Below are positions 12,429 to 12,479 of a DNA stretch of 12,479 nucleotides, one piece after another. Both the position numbers and the translations under genes were made by a program. This DNA is from a virus (Duplodnaviria > Heunggongvirae > Uroviricota > Caudoviricetes). Every line of letters begins with the position of its first letter. Position 1 is the stretch's first letter. The notes beneath the pieces are model-generated. The model saw only the letters and a program-made list of their open reading frames with translations. It was not told the DNA's origin and did no database searches. The DNA lies in the IMG/VR virus record IMGVR_UViG_3300034160_000140; one strand, given 5' to 3'.

Positions 12429-12479
12429 ATGATGCTTTTGAAAAACCTTACAATTCTACTGGCCCTTAGTGCCTCTACT
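12429..12479 (+). CDS. 5' end of a probably exported protein (partial, MMLLKNLTILLALSAST...)
   Basis: AAGGAG SD; signal-peptide-like N-terminus; open to the window edge. Confidence 0.6.
   Translation, partial: MMLLKNLTILLALSAST

Noticed and set aside
1-12479. Integron cassette array or CRISPR array as an explanation for the one-gene modules
   Set aside because: No attC-like RYYYAAC...GTTRRRY sites at gene ends and no regularly spaced repeats; the repeats found are terminators and promoters
1-12479. tRNA, rRNA, IS or transposase genes; shufflon-type inversion sites around the pilin-like genes
   Set aside because: No cloverleaf, terminal inverted repeats, transposase or recombinase motifs seen; all three paralogues are in the same orientation

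Overview
Dense accessory region of a large mobile element, most plausibly a large phage or a megaplasmid/phage-plasmid of a gammaproteobacterial host. This is inferred from sigma70-type promoters, Shine-Dalgarno sites and a YkgJ gene close to the E. coli one; no virion, replication or conjugation hallmark gene is present to decide. I call 28 short CDSs (26 on +, 2 on -). Most are separate transcription units, each with a near-consensus sigma70 promoter often fused directly to the preceding intrinsic terminator. Recognisable products: a YkgJ cysteine-cluster protein, a NudF/NudK-like Nudix hydrolase, a GNAT-like acetyltransferase, a class I SAM methyltransferase, and a truncated DUF2201-type metallopeptidase domain whose HExxH motif is lost. 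About half of the CDSs have a transmembrane helix or signal peptide. The most striking element is three dispersed, AT-rich, paralogous type IV pilin-like genes (3688, 4999, 7072). They share two Cys pairs and a promoter signature, and their prepilin cleavage motif runs from intact to lost. Two of them follow an identical 24-bp terminator. All homology calls are by eye, without database searches.
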